NCBI GenBank assembly: GCA_963976505.1
Contig: CAXBNB010000001.1
Coordinates: 1 to 45,384 of the forward strand
DNA length: 45,384 nt
Direction: 5' to 3'
Origin: an uncultured Reichenbachiellaceae bacterium
GTDB taxonomy: Bacteria; Bacteroidota; Bacteroidia; Cytophagales; Cyclobacteriaceae
A program made the position numbers and the translations under genes. Positions 30,388 to 40,440 of the stretch are shown one piece after another (position 1 is the first letter of the stretch; the number at the start of each line of letters is the position of its first letter). The notes under the pieces are model-generated. The model was not told where the DNA came from. It did no database searches and saw only the letters and a list, made by a program, of their open reading frames with translations.

Positions 30388-30515
30388 TGCCTTGTACCCA
30401 CGAAATGGCCACCACACAGCTGTCTGTTTTCCAAAAAATAATATGGACAAAGTGAACCATTTGACAATCAATTACCCCCCGGGGGGCAGGGTCTTATCAA
30501 ACAATATTCAAGGCA
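30388..30515 (+). promoter_or_regulatory. Branched hairpin upstream of the methyltransferase-helicase
   Basis: TGCCTTG/CAAGGCA outer stem, AAATGG/CCATTT, TGTC/GACA, and a C6G6 palindrome at 30475-30486. Confidence 0.5.
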
Positions 30516-30578
30516 TAACCTGCCAAATATAGCCACCACAAATCTCTAAAATTTTTCAACAAAAAACTGTTCTCAATT

Positions 30579-33500
30579 ATGAAAACACAGGATTACTATG
30601 ACCTAGCGTCATTCATTAAAACCGGCAGCTTTGATGCTGGCAACACAAAGAGCATATTTTATAGGGGGCTCGGACAGCTTACAGCACTGCTCTATAATCC
30701 GGCAACCCCAGCGCTTTGGCCTGACTATTTAAAACCAGCACAGCCCATTGTTTCAGAAATCTATGACCTGATTTTTGAACGCTACAATGGAAGCTCGAGA
30801 AAAGTTATTGACAGCCTTAAAAGGGCTTCAATCAGCAGCTATTTCACGCCCCCAGAAATAGCCCAGGCCTTGGTAAGCGCAATCAATTTCAAAAAGATAG
30901 ACAGCATCCTTGACCCGTCTGCAGGCACTGGTAATTTCATTGCTGCTTTACCCGATGGGCCGACCATAACAGCCCTTGAGCCCGATCCGTTGTCCTTTGA
31001 AGTCCTTACCCAATTGTATCCCGGCATAAATGCGGTCAACAAGCCGTTTGAAGAAACTACGCTTTCTAAATACGATCTGATCATCTCAAACATTCCTTTT
31101 GGAAGTGTTAAAGTATTCGATAACCAATTCTATGCTTCGAGAAACAAAGACAAAATTGCTTCTACAACAAGGATCCACAATTACTTCTTTGTCAAAGCGG
31201 TTGACCACCTGAACCAACAAGGCCTTGTAGCCTTTATTGTTTCTTCAGCGTTTGCTGATTCACCCGGCAATGAGCCTACCCGTCAATTCCTACTCAAACA
31301 CAGCACACTGGCAGCCATTGTACGCCTGCCAGGGGAAGTTTTCACGGCAGCCGGCACCAAGCCAACGACCGACATTATAATCCTTGAGAAGCGCTCTAAC
31401 AACCCGATGAGCTGGAAAGATAAGCTGTTCATTAAATCGGTAAAAATAGAAGTTGACAATACCTCAGTTCCATGTAATGAACTCCTATCCAACCAGGCTG
31501 ATTTAATGATCGGTACAGCCCATACCAAAGGCCAGTACGGCAATGACCAACTATCACTTAGCTGTGACAACCCAATAGATCAAATAGCAGACCGGTTAAA
31601 AGAGGTTGTCAAAACCCAGCTGCAAGAACATTTCAATGTACCACTCACCCCATCAAAACCGACAGCAGTCCTCAAACCCTTTATAGATAATTCCCTCCGG
31701 TTATCAGCGCAAGAACTTGAAGACAAGTTCACCCTAGGCAACCTGTTTGTGCGCAACTACAAAACCTACCGCATTGAAAAAGATGAGGAAGGGTTTTATC
31801 TCAAATTGATCAGGGACATAAAAGCGACCGACAGGGTCATGCGGATCATCAATTTACGGATCCTGTACACCTTGCTACTGAAAGCCGAACAAACGGAAGG
31901 CTTAACAGAGCAATTACGAAAAAGGCTTAATGAGCACTATGAATCTTTTCATTTTCAGTTCGGAAACCTCAATGACCTGGCCAATATCAAGGTCATTAAC
32001 AAAGATTCCCAGGGCCATTTGCTGCTTTCACTCGAAAACCGCAAAGGGAAAACATTCACCAAGGCCGATATTTTTACCCAAAGGGTAACCAATGATAAAA
32101 AAGTCCTTGACGCCCCTAAATCACTCTCGGATGCGATCATTTACTCCCTGAATACCCACAACCAAATAAAGCTCCAGACACTTGAAAAACTGATGGGCAT
32201 GACTGGCCCACAGATTATTTACCAGGGGGTGGAACAGCAATTGATTTATCTTGACAGGCTCGATGGGGTAGCAGGGCAGTGGGCCCCTGTAACCAAAGAC
32301 CTGTTTGTATCGGGTGATATTTATAAGAAAATCGAGGCGGTAAAAAATTCATTCCCCATCGAATATGATGACCTGCGCCAGACCCACCTTGATAGCCTAT
32401 CCGAATCACTGCCCTCTAGAATACCATTCGAGCTAATTGATATTAACCTGGGGGAACGCTGGATAGATGAAAGGCTTTATCATGAATTTTTGAACGATTT
32501 TTTTCAAGTTGATACAGCACTTATTTATCTGATTTCGTCAGACAAATATGAAATCAAACTCAACAAAGAAAGCAATATTTCCAAAATAGACTTTGTAGTA
32601 GAAGGAAAGACAACCGTTGTTTCAGGCCGGGTGCTCATGGAACACGCCTTCAGTGATACCACCCCTAAAATAACTTATCCATCGACAAACGATCAAGGGG
32701 AACAAATAAGGATCACTGACCACCAAGCGGTCAGGGCAGCACAGCAGAAAATAGAAGTCATTTATGAGCGCTTCAACACCTGGATGGGTTCAAGTGATAA
32801 ATGGAGACCGGCCATCGAAGAAAAATACAACAGGCTATTTAACAATACTGTTCCACGCTGTTATGATGGGGCACACCTCAATTTTGAAAGCCTGGCTATC
32901 TATACCCCATATGATACCCAGAAGAATGCGGTGTACAGGAACCTTCAACAAAACGGAGGGATCAATGACCACATCGTAGGGGCAGGAAAGACGCTGGTCA
33001 TGGCGATAAGCGCCCATGAAATGAAACGCCTTGGTGTAGCCAATAAGCCCTTGATAATTGCCAAAAATGCCAATGTATCTGCCATTTATCGGGAATTCAT
33101 TTTAGCCTTCCCAAAGGCAAAGGTCTTGCATCCGGAACCAAAGGATTTTAAGCCTAAAAACCGTAGGCTGTTGTTTCAACGGATCATGAACAACGATTGG
33201 GACAGTGTGATCATCTCCCATGAACAATTTAAGATGATACCCCAAAGCCGGGAGGTCCAAGGTCATATTATTGGACAGGAACTAGAAGCGCTTGAATCTG
33301 ACTTGGCTACCCTTAATGCCCAGGAAAAAACACGTGCTTCTACCAGACAGCTCAAAGGGCTTGAAAAGCGAAAGGACAACATGAAAGCGCAGCTCAATGA
33401 ACTGGAAGCTTCCATTATCAGAGACCCTTACCTGATGGATTTTGAGAAAATGGGTTTCGACCACCTTTTTGTGGATGAAAGTCAGGAGTTTAAAAACCTG

Positions 33501-35429
33501 TTGTATACCACAAGGCATAGTCAGGTGTCTGGGTTGGGAACACCGAAAGGGTCACAACGGGCATTCAATCTATTGCTGGCCTGCAGGACCATCCAAGGCC
33601 AATTGGGCAATGTAGATAAGGGCATCACTTTTCTTTCAGGAACAACGATCAGCAACTCGCTGGTTGAATTGTACCTGTTGTTCAAATATTTGCGGCCTAA
33701 TGCTTTGGAACGCCTTCAGATTCGCTCTTTCGATGCATGGGCAAAAGTATATGCTAGAAAGAGTTATGAATTTGAATTCGGGATAACAAATGAGGTCAAA
33801 AGGAAGGAGCGGTTCCGCGAGTTCATCAAAGTTCCAGAACTGGCGGGTTTCTACACAGAAATCACCGATGTGGTCAACTTCAAAAACTTTACCGTTGACA
33901 AACCAATTGTCAAAAACCATGTGGTAAATATCCCACCGACTGAAACCCAAAGTTCCTTTATGATGAATCTGGTACAATTTGCCAAAACTCAGCAAGGGCA
34001 CTATATCGGTAAACCTTTCCTTACTGAAGATGAAAAGAAAGCCTTCATGCTCATTGCTACCAATCTGGCCAAGAAAATGAGCCTTGATATGCGGTTGATC
34101 GATCCTGAAATCCCTTTTGAGCAAGGCTGTAAACTCGATAGGTGCTCCCAAAAGGTATCCGAGGTTTATCATGCTTGCACCCCCTACAAAGGAACGCAGT
34201 TGATATTCCTGGACCTTTCCACACCGTCAGCAGAAAAATGGAATGCCTATGATGAGCTTCGACACTTGTTGCACCATAAATTCAATATTCCGTTAATTGA
34301 AATCGCCTTCATCCACGAGGCTAAAAACCCAAAGCAAAAAGAAAAGCTCTTTGAGAAGCTCAATGATGGGACTGTCAGGGTAATCATTGGGTCAACCATT
34401 AAAATGGGGGTAGGGGTGAACGTTCAAAAACGCATCATTGCCATGCACCACCTGGATATCCCATGGAGGCCATCGGATTTTGAACAACGTACCGGTAGGG
34501 GAGGGCGCCCTGGAAATCTGATGGCCAAAGCGCATAACAATAACATCGTGGACAATTACATCTATGCCGTTGAACGCTCACTGGATTCCTACCAATTTAA
34601 CCTGCTGTCCAGCAAGCAGAAATTCATTGACCAGATCAAAGACAACTCTATAAAAGCCCGCAGGATCGATGAAGGATCAATGGCCGGTGAAGGAGGAGAC
34701 CAACAAATGAATTTTGCCGAATATGTAGCACTGCTGAGTGGCAATGCCCACCTGCTGGAAAAAGTCAAGGTTGACAAACAACTCAAAGACCTTGAAATGC
34801 AATACAACAATTTCATCTCCGAACAATCATCGGCGCAATGGAACATCGACCGCCGTGTGCAACACATTGCAAAAAAGGAAACCTTGCTTCAAAACCTACA
34901 ACTCGATATTGCTGCAAGAAATGAGCTTGAACAATTCCCTGATGGGGTAAACAAACCAGAAAAGAGGTATTACTATCCCAAGCCGGTTTCAATCCATGGA
35001 AGGCAATACTATGATGTAAAAGAAGTGGGGGCCTGGTTGCTCAAAGGTTTTAATGACATAGATGCAGCCACTGCCGAGGATGTAATTTTTGGCGCTTATG
35101 GCCCCTTTAAAATACAACGTTCTGGATTTTCGGCGAAACTGATTATCAAAGGGCCGGGAAATATCGGGTATACCTATTCCTTTGGTATTCCAAACGATAA
35201 CCCTACTCTGGCCGGGGCTTATATCAAGGCTGCTTTGGATGGGCAATCAAATCTCTATGAAAACGCAAAAAAGGAGATTACTAAAACCATCGAAGAAATC
35301 ACCTACTATAAGAAAAAGCTAACGGCACAGTTCGATAAAGCAGCACTTATCACGTCACTCAAAACAGAGGTGAACAGACTTGAAAAACTGATCGAGTCGG
35401 AAGCTGAATCTGCCACAATAAAGCCATAA
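30579..35429 (+). CDS. Fused N6-adenine methyltransferase / SNF2-type helicase (DarB-like)
   Basis: YFTP, ILDPSAGTGNF, IISNIPFG methyltransferase motifs; HIVGAGKT, FVDESQEFKN, LSGTTISNS, GVGVNVQ, FEQRTGRGGRPGN helicase motifs. Confidence 0.93.
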   Translation: MKTQDYYDLASFIKTGSFDAGNTKSIFYRGLGQLTALLYNPATPALWPDYLKPAQPIVSEIYDLIFERYNGSSRKVIDSLKRASISSYFTPPEIAQALVSAINFKKIDSILDPSAGTGNFIAALPDGPTITALEPDPLSFEVLTQLYPGINAVNKPFEETTLSKYDLIISNIPFGSVKVFDNQFYASRNKDKIASTTRIHNYFFVKAVDHLNQQGLVAFIVSSAFADSPGNEPTRQFLLKHSTLAAIVRLPGEVFTAAGTKPTTDIIILEKRSNNPMSWKDKLFIKSVKIEVDNTSVPCNELLSNQADLMIGTAHTKGQYGNDQLSLSCDNPIDQIADRLKEVVKTQLQEHFNVPLTPSKPTAVLKPFIDNSLRLSAQELEDKFTLGNLFVRNYKTYRIEKDEEGFYLKLIRDIKATDRVMRIINLRILYTLLLKAEQTEGLTEQLRKRLNEHYESFHFQFGNLNDLANIKVINKDSQGHLLLSLENRKGKTFTKADIFTQRVTNDKKVLDAPKSLSDAIIYSLNTHNQIKLQTLEKLMGMTGPQIIYQGVEQQLIYLDRLDGVAGQWAPVTKDLFVSGDIYKKIEAVKNSFPIEYDDLRQTHLDSLSESLPSRIPFELIDINLGERWIDERLYHEFLNDFFQVDTALIYLISSDKYEIKLNKESNISKIDFVVEGKTTVVSGRVLMEHAFSDTTPKITYPSTNDQGEQIRITDHQAVRAAQQKIEVIYERFNTWMGSSDKWRPAIEEKYNRLFNNTVPRCYDGAHLNFESLAIYTPYDTQKNAVYRNLQQNGGINDHIVGAGKTLVMAISAHEMKRLGVANKPLIIAKNANVSAIYREFILAFPKAKVLHPEPKDFKPKNRRLLFQRIMNNDWDSVIISHEQFKMIPQSREVQGHIIGQELEALESDLATLNAQEKTRASTRQLKGLEKRKDNMKAQLNELEASIIRDPYLMDFEKMGFDHLFVDESQEFKNLLYTTRHSQVSGLGTPKGSQRAFNLLLACRTIQGQLGNVDKGITFLSGTTISNSLVELYLLFKYLRPNALERLQIRSFDAWAKVYARKSYEFEFGITNEVKRKERFREFIKVPELAGFYTEITDVVNFKNFTVDKPIVKNHVVNIPPTETQSSFMMNLVQFAKTQQGHYIGKPFLTEDEKKAFMLIATNLAKKMSLDMRLIDPEIPFEQGCKLDRCSQKVSEVYHACTPYKGTQLIFLDLSTPSAEKWNAYDELRHLLHHKFNIPLIEIAFIHEAKNPKQKEKLFEKLNDGTVRVIIGSTIKMGVGVNVQKRIIAMHHLDIPWRPSDFEQRTGRGGRPGNLMAKAHNNNIVDNYIYAVERSLDSYQFNLLSSKQKFIDQIKDNSIKARRIDEGSMAGEGGDQQMNFAEYVALLSGNAHLLEKVKVDKQLKDLEMQYNNFISEQSSAQWNIDRRVQHIAKKETLLQNLQLDIAARNELEQFPDGVNKPEKRYYYPKPVSIHGRQYYDVKEVGAWLLKGFNDIDAATAEDVIFGAYGPFKIQRSGFSAKLIIKGPGNIGYTYSFGIPNDNPTLAGAYIKAALDGQSNLYENAKKEITKTIEEITYYKKKLTAQFDKAALITSLKTEVNRLEKLIESEAESATIKP

Positions 35430-35631
35430 TTTGTTATGATAAACACCGATCAATCCATGGTCGACCTTATCGAACGCTCCTATAGTCTTCAATATCTTTT
35501 GCTTCATGACTTTGATATGGTGCTATCGGGATCATGTGATCCATGCACTACAACAGCCTTCTGTGTTTGGGTATAGCAGGCAGGCCTTAACCAGATGAAG
35601 GTAAAATGCTCTTTCCCTATCTATGTTTTTG

Positions 35632-36228
35632 CTAAGGTAGTTTGCTCTTGTACTTCTCCAGCTGTATATATATATCGAATACCTTTTTAGCCCATTTCGG
35701 CATTGATTTCACCTTATAGATGACCATATTATTTTCAAGATAGAATATCTGAATTGGTCTTTTACTTGAATTGTCCAAAAAGTTAACTGTATTGAAGGTA
35801 TGAATTTTATTCGGTAACCCGGACAATGCTGCTGCATACTTGGATTTAACTTGTGGGGGAGAAATAAAGTGTAAACCCAACTTTGCCCTATCCTCGATCC
35901 TTTTGTTCAAAATACTTTGATCGTCAACACCCATATAAATTAAATGGACGTTATACCCATTTTTTTTAGCAAGGTTCGCATGACTATAAGCAGAATTGAT
36001 ATCAAGGTTACTTTCAATAACGAATGATACTTTGTTGTTGATGTGATCTTTTATCCTATTCTGAATAACATTTTCGACAATAAATAATGGTGACTTGGTA
36101 TGTTGGCTAAGCTCTTTTGCTATCTTATCTCCATCAATTATTGAGATTTTATGGATCTTTGCCAATTGCTCCGAATGGGTAGACTTACCAACGCCATTAG
36201 GACCTCCTAACAGATATAGGTCTGACAT
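35632..36228 (-). CDS. Zeta-toxin-like P-loop kinase/ATPase (COG4185-type)
   Basis: LLGGPNGVGKST, IDGDKIA, SFVIESNL, RIEDRAKLGLH, LDNS. Confidence 0.85.
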   Translation of the reverse strand: MSDLYLLGGPNGVGKSTHSEQLAKIHKISIIDGDKIAKELSQHTKSPLFIVENVIQNRIKDHINNKVSFVIESNLDINSAYSHANLAKKNGYNVHLIYMGVDDQSILNKRIEDRAKLGLHFISPPQVKSKYAAALSGLPNKIHTFNTVNFLDNSSKRPIQIFYLENNMVIYKVKSMPKWAKKVFDIYIQLEKYKSKLP

Positions 36229-36238
36229 TGATTAACAA

Positions 36239-36397
36239 TTAGTAAGTGATGGCTGACACTCTTTTTTTTGGACGGGTTTCTTTTTTAGGAAGGGCACTAA
36301 CCTTTCTCTCAGTCTCTTCAATTGATTTTTCTACAGCGATGAGATGTTTTTCATATTCCTTATCAGAGAGATTAAACATGTTTGTATTAGTATTCAT
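36239..36397 (-). CDS. 52-aa helical protein upstream of the zeta-like ATPase (candidate antitoxin)
   Basis: Hand translation MNTNTNMFNLSDKEYEKHLIAVEKSIEETERKVSALPKKETRPKKRVSAITY; ends 10 bp before the ATPase ATG. Confidence 0.6.
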   Translation of the reverse strand: MNTNTNMFNLSDKEYEKHLIAVEKSIEETERKVSALPKKETRPKKRVSAITY

Positions 36398-36650
36398 TGC
36401 GGATGCTCTATTTCCTGTATTGATATTAACGGTGAAGTTACTGAAATAGATTCAGAACAGGAAATTATGCAGATTAAGTTCATTGTCTCAGTGGAAGAGT
36501 AACCATGTCCAAGGCGTAAATACTCAAGCTAACTGATTGATATTCAATTTTAATTAATTCAAATGGTCATTTTCGTAACTATTTGGTTACTCGATAAAAC
36601 ACCAAATATTGACGAAAGAGAAAAAAAAGTTTTCAAACATTTTCCATAGT

Positions 36651-36795
36651 CTTTTTATTGCAAATGTTGCTGCCTGCCCTGAGTCAAAAGGGTCACAGAA
36701 ATCTCCACGGCCACACCGCACTTGCCACCCGTAGTATTTCTGCGCATTCCTTTTGCCTTTTTAATCCCAGCGCGCCCGCTTTGGTTGCAAAAAAG
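36651..36795 (+). promoter_or_regulatory. Nested hairpin ending 3 bp before ATG 36799
   Basis: CTTTTTATTGCAA/TTGCAAAAAAG, GCTG/CAGC, CAAAAGG/CCTTTTG, CAGAAAT/ATTTCTG, ACGG/CCGT. Confidence 0.65.
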
Positions 36796-36798
36796 AAT

Positions 36799-37779
36799 AT
36801 GAAAAATTTCAGTAATATCCCTATGGGTGAAAAAGCCTGTGAAATCCTCAAACTTACTTTTGATGGTGATCAATTGGAGCCATACCACCTGGAATTGCTG
36901 CAAGCAGCAGTAAACAACCACCTCACCGATCAGGGAAAACAGTTCTTTGAAACCCTGTATCAACAGGTAGTAGTTGATAAACAATATCACAAACCATTCC
37001 TCTGTGGTGTGGAACACATGACTAGGGACCATCAAGGGTACGTTTATTTTAAAGGACATTGTGTAGAGCATTATACCTTCAGTGCAATAGATGTCTCAGA
37101 GCTCCCTAAAATGGTTCAGCAGCTTCAAAGGGATTGCCTAAAAGTGGAACAGTTCGGGCTTCCTGTCGGTATTTCTATGGTTGGAGAACGATCGCTCTGG
37201 GAAGGTATATCCAAACCCTATGATCCATTCCTGTTTTTCATTCAACATCGTGGAAACCTCTATCAGAAGGGGCATCAGGTAGTAAACGCCTATTCCCATT
37301 CAGTGGATCCTAAAAGCAATGCGCTTACCCAGCATTATACGCTGATCAATACCAAGACCCAGGAGTCAGAAAACTTATCTGTGAATACTGATCAGGGTTT
37401 CTATCACTGGGTTCTTGCCAAAGGGTTTCAATCTGTAGAGAATTTCCAAAGCCGTGACCAATGGGAGGGCTGGTTCCAGAAAAACAATTTCAAATTATGG
37501 CTCCTTAACCCGAATGCTTATTGGGAGTTCATGCTAAAATCTATTGATGTCGGCCATACCATTGAAATCCCTGAAAGTACCTACGATCACTTTCTTGGCT
37601 GTGTGCCACCACTTACCATGAACCGTAGGGACTACAAGGAAGACCGCATGAGATGGTTCATTAATAGCGAACCATATGCCCATACAGAAAAGGGGACAAT
37701 CTATACAGGAGGGGCCAGGGCGGGTGATCAATTTTTCCTCAAAAGGATTGTCATCATTCAAAATCAAATCAATCATTAA
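36799..37779 (+). CDS. Hypothetical multi-domain plasmid protein (C-terminus reminiscent of DUF1419)
   Basis: Start reassigned to ATG 36799; C-terminal EIPESTYDHFLGCVPPL...FINSE motif. Confidence 0.7.
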   Translation: MKNFSNIPMGEKACEILKLTFDGDQLEPYHLELLQAAVNNHLTDQGKQFFETLYQQVVVDKQYHKPFLCGVEHMTRDHQGYVYFKGHCVEHYTFSAIDVSELPKMVQQLQRDCLKVEQFGLPVGISMVGERSLWEGISKPYDPFLFFIQHRGNLYQKGHQVVNAYSHSVDPKSNALTQHYTLINTKTQESENLSVNTDQGFYHWVLAKGFQSVENFQSRDQWEGWFQKNNFKLWLLNPNAYWEFMLKSIDVGHTIEIPESTYDHFLGCVPPLTMNRRDYKEDRMRWFINSEPYAHTEKGTIYTGGARAGDQFFLKRIVIIQNQINH

Positions 37780-37789
37780 AACACCTGAT

Positions 37790-38008
37790 ATGATAACCAA
37801 CATGACAGTTGATTCACTCCTGGACGAGTTGAGATCAGAAATCTTTGACAATTATGAAACGATCCAACAGATCGTCGAACAGCATGCCGAACGGTTTACC
37901 GATCGACAAAGGACCGAATTGGTTCTAACTATTCTGGGCATGGATATGCCGACAGTAACCGAGGTAGACCGTGCTGAAAAGGCCCTTTCACAAATAACCA
38001 CCAACTGA
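37790..38008 (+). CDS. Small acidic hypothetical protein
   Basis: ATG 10 bp after the previous stop; TGATG coupling to the next gene. Confidence 0.65.
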   Translation: MITNMTVDSLLDELRSEIFDNYETIQQIVEQHAERFTDRQRTELVLTILGMDMPTVTEVDRAEKALSQITTN

Positions 38009-38439
38009 TGAAAAATATTAGATTAAACCCCAAACAACGCCTCTATATTATCCCTTGTGGAAAAGGCTATAGCTGTCTTGGCTATGATGTGTGCTACCAG
38101 CGCTCTGTTTCTCTAGCTGAAGAGCTTAACAAGACTGAATTTGTACCCTCCAGGAAGGGAACAAAAAGTGCATATGCCGCATATATGAAACTTGTTAAGC
38201 TTGCAAGAATTCGCAACAAGCAAACCGGATGGCGTAGCCAATCCGAACTCATTCCTGAATTCATTGGCCATGAAGGCAGGCGGGTTCAAGTAACAGATTA
38301 CTACGGCGAAACATCAAGGTTTATCATCGGTAAAACCACCGGATTTATCCCCTGTCATATCGAACTCAAAAGAAGAGACTCCATTTCGGGAGTTTCCGTT
38401 ATGGGATATCCTTTTCAAAGTCTCACATTTCTAAACTAA
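38008..38439 (+). CDS. Hypothetical basic protein
   Basis: Translationally coupled 143-aa ORF (RLYIIPCGKGYSCLG...RFIIGKTTGFIPCHIE). Confidence 0.75.
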   Translation: MKNIRLNPKQRLYIIPCGKGYSCLGYDVCYQRSVSLAEELNKTEFVPSRKGTKSAYAAYMKLVKLARIRNKQTGWRSQSELIPEFIGHEGRRVQVTDYYGETSRFIIGKTTGFIPCHIELKRRDSISGVSVMGYPFQSLTFLN

Positions 38440-38444
38440 AAATA

Positions 38445-38687
38445 ATGGATTACACAAATTCAACACTGGTGACAAATTTCAAACATACAGGCGAAGACGT
38501 TATGGTTTTCAGTACTGATGAAGTCACACATGACAAGATTAAACGAGCTCTTGATCTTCAACTTTTACACTATAATGATGTAATTGAAATCCCAGAAAAT
38601 GATAGACAATACCATGTCTACGAATCTTGTTGGCTAAACCCCGATGCAGAAATAAATATTCTTCGATTTAACAATTACAAAACTTAA
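38445..38687 (+). CDS. Hypothetical protein
   Basis: Tight operon spacing of 5 and 4 bp. Confidence 0.65.
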   Translation: MDYTNSTLVTNFKHTGEDVMVFSTDEVTHDKIKRALDLQLLHYNDVIEIPENDRQYHVYESCWLNPDAEINILRFNNYKT

Positions 38688-38691
38688 TCCC

Positions 38692-39540
38692 ATGGGAAAA
38701 GGAACCATTTCTATGATTGCCCGAGAAACCTTATTAAAGGAAAACCGAACGGCTTTATATGTCTGCAATCATTCGGGAGGAAAGGACAGCCAGGCCATGT
38801 TCAAGTGGCTCTATGATCATGTGCCACATGACCAGCTTATAGTGATCCATGCCCATCTGCCTGAGGTAGAGTGGGAGGGGACCATTGATCATATCCATAA
38901 AACCACTTTGGGAATCCCTGTTCATATTGTACAGGCCAATAAGACTTTTTTTGAAATGGTTGACCGACGTGGCATGTGGCCAAGCCCTAAGTTCCGCCAA
39001 TGTACTTCTGACCTGAAGACAGCACCAATATCCAAATTCATACGGCACTATTGCAAAGCACATAACTATGATTTGGTATTTAATTGTATCGGCCTACGTG
39101 CTTCAGAGTCCCACACAAGGGCTAAACAACCACCTATTAAACCCAACAAAAAGTTGACGTGCAGCTACAGGACAGTCATTAATGTGTTGCCCATTCATGA
39201 TTACCAGTTAAAAACAGTTTTTGAAACGTATGGTATAACCCTGGAGGAATTACAAAGAAGACGTTCACTCTATCGCTTGGGAAAGAAGCAGGAAGCACTG
39301 AACAATTGGCCTTTTGTCTGGACGTATGTAGCCGGAATGTCCCGTCATTCTTGTAAAATATGCATCATGTCCAACCGGTCAGACCTAAACTGTAGTGCCA
39401 GCATAGACCCTGAAAATTTTGATCGCTACATCTATAAAGAAACTGCAATAGATCATGCATTCATAAACCCCAAAAAATCAACGCCTACTTTACAGCAAAT
39501 CCGAAAGGCATTGCCACAAAAACAAGAAGTGCTTTGGTAA
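38692..39540 (+). CDS. PAPS-reductase-family (PP-loop) protein of mobile-element type
   Basis: NHSGGKDS PP-loop, RQCTSDLK, GLRASES..R, SRHSCKIC. Confidence 0.88.
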   Translation: MGKGTISMIARETLLKENRTALYVCNHSGGKDSQAMFKWLYDHVPHDQLIVIHAHLPEVEWEGTIDHIHKTTLGIPVHIVQANKTFFEMVDRRGMWPSPKFRQCTSDLKTAPISKFIRHYCKAHNYDLVFNCIGLRASESHTRAKQPPIKPNKKLTCSYRTVINVLPIHDYQLKTVFETYGITLEELQRRRSLYRLGKKQEALNNWPFVWTYVAGMSRHSCKICIMSNRSDLNCSASIDPENFDRYIYKETAIDHAFINPKKSTPTLQQIRKALPQKQEVLW

Positions 39541-39767
39541 ACGACTTGAGGAGTGATAGCACCTATCTGTTTCGACCAAATAGGCATTAAATAAAGCCTG
39601 ATTGACTAGGATAGAAGGCTTTTAGAAAACCATTATTTATAAAAAGCATTTGGTTGGCCCTCGATATACAAATGACAACATCCAACTTATTTCCATTGTC
39701 ATCAAGATCGTTCTATAACACAACCACATAACACACACATAACACAATTTTAAGGGTAATTCCTGTC

Positions 39768-39940
39768 TGATCTTTTACCCAGGGTCGTTTCTTCAAAGTT
39801 TCCTTCATTACGTTCCCAGTCAAAAAGTTTCCTCGAAAATCGGGTTTCTACCTACGGGCAGACACTCCCTTATTTTCAATTTCCTGTTTTGCCTTAACTC
39901 CATTAACGGAACTCCATAGAAGAACGATCTGAGAAGATCA
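39768..39940 (+). promoter_or_regulatory. Nested hairpin upstream of ORF 39959
   Basis: TGATCTT/AAGATCA, TCGTTTCTTC/GAAGAACGA, AGTTTCC/GGAACT, and inner GAAAAT/ATTTTC around CC-TACG-GG. Confidence 0.6.
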
Positions 39941-39958
39941 TCCAACACTTAAAATTCT

Positions 39959-40171
39959 ATGGTCATGTTAAAAAAATTAGAACTTATCTCTCAAAAATTG
40001 AAACAAGGAAGAACAGATGTTTGGGAATGTGAAATGTTATGCAAGCTCGTGAACAACGACCTGGCAGATCCTTATACCATTGATTACCTAAATCATAAAT
40101 TTGTTAATCCATACCAGTCATCCAGGCGCCTAATTTCAAAACTTTATCAAGAGGCTCAGAAAACGATATAG
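39959..40171 (+). CDS. Hypothetical 70-aa protein
   Basis: ATG 18 bp after the hairpin, with an A-rich leader. Confidence 0.6.
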   Translation: MVMLKKLELISQKLKQGRTDVWECEMLCKLVNNDLADPYTIDYLNHKFVNPYQSSRRLISKLYQEAQKTI

Positions 40172-40246
40172 GTTTACCTGATCATCAATTTATTGTTGTA
40201 AAAAAGCGCTGCAGCACAATGGTTAATTTCATTTATACGCATTGCT

Positions 40247-40426
40247 TTATGGGGCTTTGAGTAATTCTTTGAGCTTGCCTATTTGATCTTCCAGGTTGGA
40301 AGATTCCTTTAAAGCTTTCTGTTTGGCACCCGAAGACACGTGCGCCTTAACATAGCCCAACACATTTTCTACTTCCTTTATTCTGAAAGAAATTTGCTCT
40401 TCAATACTTTGATTCATTACTGACAT
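40247..40426 (-). CDS. 59-aa coiled-coil protein downstream of higA
   Basis: Hand translation MSVMNQSIEEQISFRIKEVENVLGYVKAHVSSGAKQKALKESSNLEDQIGKLKELLKAP; starts 14 bp after the higA stop. Confidence 0.5.
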   Translation of the reverse strand: MSVMNQSIEEQISFRIKEVENVLGYVKAHVSSGAKQKALKESSNLEDQIGKLKELLKAP

Positions 40427-40440
40427 TATTAATCCTTGTA

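Noticed and set aside
36246-36449. 67-aa + strand ORF
   Set aside because: Antisense to the more plausible 52-aa minus-strand partner of the ATPase.
36658-36798. N-terminal 47 aa of the 373-aa ORF
   Set aside because: It spans the hairpin; ATG 36799 with an A-rich leader is the better start.
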